Below are positions 61,451-64,000 of a stretch of 64,000 nt of DNA, in pieces (positions within the stretch are counted from its first letter, which is position 1; each line of letters starts with the position of its first letter). Source of the DNA: Candidatus Latescibacterota bacterium (lineage in GTDB: Bacteria > Latescibacterota > UBA2968 > UBA8231); assembly GCA_965243025.1 (NCBI GenBank), contig CBDETY010000003.1:1312001-1376000 (forward strand). The letters are read 5' to 3'. Position numbers and translations under genes: made by a program. Below the pieces are notes generated by a model. That model was given only the letters and a program-made list of their open reading frames with translations, was not told where the DNA came from and searched no databases.

Positions 61451-62362
61451 ATGGTTGAACTGGCAGCGAGTTTTGCGGGTATCGGACTGCGAAACCCGGT
61501 GCTCCTGGCCTCGGGAACGTGCGGGTACGGGGAAGAGCTCGAGTCCTTCGTCGATCTGGCTCGGATAGGGGGTCTGGTGACCAAGACCATCACCCCCGAG
61601 CCGCGTTCGGGGAATCCGCCTCCAAGAATCGTGGAAACCCCCGCGGGGATGCTGAACTCGATCGGATTGCAGAATCCGGGCCTTCAGGGTTTCATCGCGG
61701 ACAAGCTGCCTTATCTGCGGGAGCTCGACACCGCGGTTGTCGTCAACATCGCCGCTCCCACGGCGGAGCTCCACGGCGAGATGGCCGCGGCCCTGGATGC
61801 TCTCGACGGAATCGCGGCCCTGGAAGTCAACATCTCCTCTCCCAACATGCGGGACGGGGGAATGCTGTTCGGCTGCCGGGCAGACGCGTCGGCAGAGGTC
61901 ATCGCCGCGGTCAGGGCGGCTACGAAGCTGCCGGTTATCGCCAAGCTCACGCCCAACGTCACGGACATCGGTGAAATCGCCAAGGCGGTGGAAGGTGCCG
62001 GAGCGGATGCGATTTCGCTGATCAACACCCTGGTCGGGATGGCCGTCGATGTGCGGGAGCGACGGCCGCTGCTGGCCAACGTCACCGGGGGACTGTCGGG
62101 TCCGGCGATCAAGCCGGTGGCGCTGGCCATGCTCTGGAAGGTGCGGAACGCGGTATCCGTGCCGCTGATCGGAACGGGCGGAATATCCACGGCGACGGAC
62201 GCAATCGAGTTCATGATCGCCGGAGCCTCCTGTGTGCAGGTGGGAACAGCGACCTTCGTTCTCCCCGATGCCGCACTCGCGGTCGTCGACGGCATGCGCG
62301 CGTACTGCGAAGAGAACGGCATCGACGACATCAACTCGATCATCGGAACTCTGAAGGCGTAA
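61451..62362 (+). CDS. pyrD: Dihydroorotate dehydrogenase, class 1B catalytic subunit
   Basis: NPVLLASGT, MLNSIGLQNPG, EVNISSPN, KLTPN, GGLSGPAIKP. Confidence 0.95.
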   Translation: MVELAASFAGIGLRNPVLLASGTCGYGEELESFVDLARIGGLVTKTITPEPRSGNPPPRIVETPAGMLNSIGLQNPGLQGFIADKLPYLRELDTAVVVNIAAPTAELHGEMAAALDALDGIAALEVNISSPNMRDGGMLFGCRADASAEVIAAVRAATKLPVIAKLTPNVTDIGEIAKAVEGAGADAISLINTLVGMAVDVRERRPLLANVTGGLSGPAIKPVALAMLWKVRNAVSVPLIGTGGISTATDAIEFMIAGASCVQVGTATFVLPDAALAVVDGMRAYCEENGIDDINSIIGTLKA

Positions 62363-62385
62363 CTCTCGGACGGAACGCAGCCACA

Positions 62386-62907
62386 GTGGCCAGCGCGCGG
62401 TCGACGGGAATCCGAAACAACCTGTTATCCCTGCTGCTTTTTTGGATCCAAGCGTTGGGGCTTGTCACCGCCTGCACTCCCCAGCCCATTTACAGGAATT
62501 CCGGAGCCGAAGTTTTGCCATCCTCCAGGTCTGCCGGCGGAGGGCGAATCGCCAAGCCGGGAAAGACCGCCCACCCGGTCGACCTTTCCCGGATCTCGAG
62601 GAAGAACGCCTACCAGGTCGGGGTGGCATCCTACTACGGCGAGAAGTTCCACGGTCGCAAGACGGCCAACGGCGAAACCTTCAACATGTACAAATTGACC
62701 GCCGCTCACCGGGTGCTGCCGCTGGGTACGATGATACGGGTAACCCATCTGACCAACGGCAGAAGAGTGGTCGTGAAGGTGAACGACCGCGGACCCTTTA
62801 TCGAGGGAAGGGTGCTCGATCTGTCGTTCGCCGCGGCCCTGGAGCTGGAGATGGTGTCGGCCGGGACCGCCGAGGTGATGATCGAAATCATCCAGGAAGT
62901 CGACTGA
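62386..62907 (+). CDS. rlpA: Septal ring lytic transglycosylase RlpA family lipoprotein
   Basis: ASYYG..FHGRKTANGE, TAAHR.LP, VNDRGPF, DLS. Confidence 0.93.
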   Translation: MASARSTGIRNNLLSLLLFWIQALGLVTACTPQPIYRNSGAEVLPSSRSAGGGRIAKPGKTAHPVDLSRISRKNAYQVGVASYYGEKFHGRKTANGETFNMYKLTAAHRVLPLGTMIRVTHLTNGRRVVVKVNDRGPFIEGRVLDLSFAAALELEMVSAGTAEVMIEIIQEVD

Positions 62908-62924
62908 CCCCGCCTCCGGCGTGT

Positions 62925-63584
62925 TCATCCTTTCTGCATCGGGACGAAACGAACCGGCATCAGGGTTTTTCGTTCGTATCCCCCGCCTGCATCCCGCCGC
63001 ACCAGAACGAGTTCCTGTCTCTGCGATCCGAGAGGCAGGATCATGCGGCCCTCCGGCCTCAGCTGCTCGAAGAGCCTGGGGGGGATCTCCCTGGGAGCAG
63101 CCGAAGCGATGATGGCATCGAATTCCGACCCTGCGGAATGGGGCCATCCCCGGGCTCCGTCGCCAACGAAAAACGAGATGTTGGAGTAGGTCAGCTGGCC
63201 CAGGTTTTTTCGGGCGCGGTCGGACAACTCCGGGATGAACTCCACCGTGTACACGGATGCCGACAACTCTGCGAGCAGGGCGGTCTGATAACCACAGCCT
63301 GTGCCTATTTCCAGGACTCGTTCCCTGCCCCGCAATTCCAGGACCTGAAGCATGTAGGCGACGACAAAGGGTTGCGAAATAGTCTGATCGAAACCGATTG
63401 GGAGAGGGTGGTCTTCGCAGGAACGGGTGCGGTATTCCGGAGCGACGAACAGATGACGCGGAACCTTCCGGAATGCAGAGAGCACAGCGGGGTCGCATAT
63501 GCCCCTTGCAGCGAGCTGCGACTGCACCATTCGCTCGCGGTCGGCGGTGAAATCGGGACCGTTCGCCTCCGCGTGCCTGCTCAC
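62925..63584 (-). CDS. pcm: Protein-L-isoaspartate O-methyltransferase
   Basis: VPRHLF, QTISQP, VLEIGTGCGYQ, VRFVPM; GTGA overlap with the upstream GT9 stop. Confidence 0.95.
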   Translation of the reverse strand: MSRHAEANGPDFTADRERMVQSQLAARGICDPAVLSAFRKVPRHLFVAPEYRTRSCEDHPLPIGFDQTISQPFVVAYMLQVLELRGRERVLEIGTGCGYQTALLAELSASVYTVEFIPELSDRARKNLGQLTYSNISFFVGDGARGWPHSAGSEFDAIIASAAPREIPPRLFEQLRPEGRMILPLGSQRQELVLVRRDAGGGYERKTLMPVRFVPMQKG

Positions 63585-64000
63585 CCGATTCCTTCGGAAC
63601 CAGCCACGCATTGCCTTTTCTCCAGTTTATCGAGGACGGTTCGGACCACGACGGCGACCGGAATCGAAGCCATACCCTGGTCTTGGGAGGCGATGACAGC
63701 GGCGTCCGTCCCCAGCGGTCTCCAGATATCGGGATTTGTCGGACCGAACAGGGAGATCGTGGGCGTCCCCACGGCTGCGGCGACGTGCCCCGGTCCGGAA
63801 TCGTTGCCGACGAACAGGTCGACGCGCTCGAGAACTGCTGCCAGGTGCGCCACCGTTTTCGGCCAGATGCTGTAGACGCCAGGGAATGCCGGCTTCCCGA
63901 AATCCCCCTGCGTCCCGGCTTCGACCGGACCGAGGAGAACCACGACCCTGACCCCTGAGAGAAGCAACTCCTTTATCAGCTCTGCAAAATACCGCTTCGG
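63581..64000 (-). CDS. Glycosyltransferase family 9 (heptosyltransferase-like), 5' partial
   Basis: FVGNDSGPGHVAAAVGTPTISLFGPT..WRP; frame open to the window end. Confidence 0.9.
   Translation of the reverse strand, partial: PKRYFAELIKELLLSGVRVVVLLGPVEAGTQGDFGKPAFPGVYSIWPKTVAHLAAVLERVDLFVGNDSGPGHVAAAVGTPTISLFGPTNPDIWRPLGTDAAVIASQDQGMASIPVAVVVRTVLDKLEKRQCVAGSEGIG

Overview
GC-rich bacterial window. Taxonomy is inferred: signal-peptide WD40 proteins with FlgD/T9SS-type C-termini and the gene style suggest an FCB-group lineage such as Latescibacterota or a sponge symbiont. Positions 1-27122 are accessory DNA. They hold a Ser/Thr kinase fused to a P-loop ATPase (missing from the ORF track, running off the left edge) behind an N4-C-type DNA methyltransferase, then a type I R-M operon (hsdM-hsdS-hsdR-M48 peptidase). 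Next come a cluster of small genes (XRE HTH, Zn-finger, duplicated 70-80 aa paralogues, SWIB, RadC/JAB) sharing a palindromic operator-like motif, two IS1595-family transposases, and a decayed GAF sensor-kinase fragment. The region also has three tandem secreted 14-bladed WD40 genes with hypervariable positions and several decayed repeat families. It ends at an IS1595-like terminal repeat (27101-27122) that truncates a GH42-like gene. Positions 27123-64000 are core metabolic DNA: oxidoreductases, dnaK with a sigma54-type promoter, uvrB, an ABC ATPase, an SDR, TPP E1 alpha/beta, ferredoxin, nitrite/sulfite reductase, an Nramp-like transporter, a CinA/NadD-like protein, an M20 peptidase, nnr, carB, a TPR-TonB_C lipoprotein, pyrK, pyrD, rlpA, pcm and a partial GT9. 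The best candidates for undescribed systems are the methyltransferase plus kinase-ATPase module, the diversifying WD40 locus, and a large IS1595-driven cargo element. All calls come from reading motifs by eye; no database search was run.
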